Assembly (NCBI RefSeq): GCF_009914755.1
Contig: NC_060930.1
Source of the DNA: the human T2T-CHM13v2.0 reference genome, Homo sapiens
Reading direction: 5' to 3' (one strand)
DNA length: 64,000 nucleotides
Every line of letters begins with the position of its first letter. The first letter of the stretch is position 1. The translations under genes were made by a program, and so were the position numbers. The notes beneath the pieces were generated by a model. That model searched no databases, was not told where the DNA came from, and saw only the letters and a program-made list of their open reading frames with translations. Below are positions 61,731 through 64,000 of the stretch, one piece after another.

Positions 61731-62734
61731 AAAATGCTGCAAGGCAAATTCTGGCAGAATTAAAGAGAGACAGAAGTCAGTGTGTGTGTGTAGGAGGGTG
61801 GTTTGTAGGGTTTTGGTTGAAGGAAGCCAGGCTGGAGGGTCTTGCTAGTTGTATTGAATGGGAAATGGCAAAGAGAAGTAAAAGATGTCTGGCCTGGGAC
61901 ATCTGACCTAACATTGATTATGTGAATTGAAAATACATAATAAAATAATAAAAATACCAGCTTTCACTTAGTACTGGGTGGTTTTCCATGAATTTTCACA
62001 AATGATGCAATAGATTTTTGTAACAACCCTCGGAAGTAATTAGAGCAGAAAGGTGATGAAGCTGGGACTAATACTGCAAAGCACATCTGCACCAGTATGC
62101 GCCACTGCCTTTCTGCAGGATTTGTAGAGATAGGAGAAGCTAAAGCTCACTTTGGAAACCCTGAGTAAACAGGAGAGAGACATAAGGTTAGGGTCAGATT
62201 TTAGGTGAGGTTGAATTTCTGCGTAAGAATTTAGGTTACATTCTGGAACACAGAAGTCTCCAATTACGAGCTCAAGACTTCCTGAAATGCCTTGAATTCT
62301 GATTATTGATGTTTAATCTTACTGCTCCTGTTCTGTGCCCACTCCTCCTCTAAGGTCCCCCTTTCCCCAGCAGGAATTCTGGGGCTTTGACTATCACAGA
62401 GTAATTGATATGACTCTTCCAAGAGCTTTTAGTGATGCTGGAAAAAGGAAATCCATGCATTTCATATAAAGGCGAGGATTCTGGGGCCACTGTATCATTA
62501 ATTGATAGGATGTGTTCTGCAAGTTGTGCTTTGGAAACTTTGTCACCAGAGGTGAAATTCCACAGAAGGCATAGAAATCTAGAAAGGTGTAAGATGAGTG
62601 TCTGTACATTCCTTCCTGTAGAGCCCTAATCACTCTGCTCTGAGCATGAAGTGCACCAAGGGGGGACAAGTCTCTGCTTACCACCCAACTGTGTGTTCAC
62701 CACCCCACTTTGTGTTCATGTAGAAGGGAGTTAC

Positions 62735-63285
62735 TCAGGATTCATTTGCTTGCATGTGTGAATATTTAACTAGGTAAAGCAAAAAAGGACTTACTGGCTC
62801 ATTGGACCAGAAAGTCCAAAGGTGGTCCTTGCTTCAATCATGGCTGGAACTCAGAGACTTACACAACTTTGTCGAGGTTCTTTCTCTCTCTCCCCATTTC
62901 TCAGTCCCACTTCTCTCTGGGTCAGCTGTATTCTGAGGCACTCTTTCTGGATATGGAGAAAGATGACTGTGGGTATTTCTAAACCTACATTCCTGGGCTT
63001 TTCATCTATGAGAAAAAGAGGTCCTTTCTCTTCCAGGTCCCATTTTTATAAATCTCCTTGAAGGGCTCTGATTGGCCCTGCTCAGTGGTAATTGAATTGG
63101 TCTCTGTGTCTAGCAGAGAGTGCTACTCTGATTGTATTGGACTAAATCATGTGCCCAACCCTGTGTATATGTGGTTCTGGTGCTGGGATGAGGAGGAGGA
63201 GGCTGGTAGGGCACTATGATAGGCAGTTCTGTCAAGATTACATAGAGTTGTGGTTCTCCCAAGAAAATAATGCTGCCAATCAAAA
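62735..63285 (-). mobile_element. MLT1K/J-like MaLR solo LTR
   Basis: caggattcatttgcttgca...gaaagtccaaagg...gggctctgattggccc...tcatgtgcccaaccc. Confidence 0.7.
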
Positions 63286-63739
63286 ACAATAGTCTATTAT
63301 TGGGAATAATTCCTTCCTTTTTTGGGACAGCCCTCTGCACAATGATCTGGAGTTTGCACATGGAAGCAACTCAGGTGCCCAAGACAATGCGTATCCCAAA
63401 AGTGGGACCTTTCTCCCAAGCAAGGTATAGCCCAGTGATGAAATAATGCCCTCATGTTTAAACTTTATTAAAAGGAGGATTGTTTCCAGAATGGGAAACA
63501 CCCATTCTGGAATGAATGGGAAGCCACCATTTATTCATATCTATGTACTTCTAGCAAATATCCCTGTGCCTTATTTCCAGCCCAGAGATTTTGTTTCCAA
63601 AAGCCCTGCCCATCTAGTGATGATGAGATTGGATACCCCCTACTTTGGCCATTGTAGAGCCAGTGAAAGTTTGAACAGGGAGCTGAAGTGATTAACACAG
63701 AACTATTGTTTATGCAAATACATTGGGTTGTTGGAAATG

Positions 63740-64000
63740 CACAGAGGGGAGTGGCAGGCACAGATTAGGATTTTCATTTAGGAGGCATAAGATGATAGGT
63801 TTCCAATTAGAGTAATGGCAGCAAGAATTTGTGAGCAATATTATGAAGTTCTTATGAGGTTATATGTCAGGATGAAGGAGCATCTTTGTTGACAGAAGCA
63901 TTTGTGGAATGAAATAGGCCAGGAGGGAGTAGACTAGGAAGACATCCTGGGCCAGTAGGTGAAATGGCTATGCGTGGTAGATAGGTTAATAGCAAATAGA
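63740..64000 (-). mobile_element. L2 fragment running off the window end
   Basis: ggagggagtagactaggaagacatcctgggccagtaggtgaaatggctat. Confidence 0.5.

Overview
Primate (hominoid, most likely human) genomic DNA with no recognisable cellular protein-coding exon. About 57 kb is AT-rich intergenic/intronic sequence dense with transposable elements. It holds 10 Alus (mostly S subfamilies, two Y), a full-length but inactivated L1PA4-like element with TSD (38863-45008) and three 5'-truncated L1PA 3' ends. It also holds older L1M/L2/MIR relics, a complete THE1D provirus, a MER11 (HML-8) solo LTR, MLT1/MLT2 LTRs, several DNA-transposon MITEs and microsatellites. A strong CpG-island promoter (~58050-59600) carries a + strand first exon ending at a CAG|GTGAGG donor (59307/59308) and a divergent 370-codon antisense ORF. 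From memory, unverified, this matches the FRMD6 / FRMD6-AS1 (C14orf82) promoter on 14q22. I found no evidence for a new multi-gene system; nearly all ORF-track entries are TE-derived or GC-rich artefacts. The best second-look items are: (1) a templated-insertion scar in an MLT2 LTR whose 23-bp filler is an exact copy of a decayed L1 site 5.8 kb away; (2) a candidate L1 3' transduction; (3) an intact, N-terminally extended L1 ORF0; (4) a near-consensus CTCF site; (5) a MER11 SOX/GATA cassette near the promoter; (6) a close inverted Alu pair. Repeat subfamily names come from recalled consensus sequences, and old-element boundaries are approximate.
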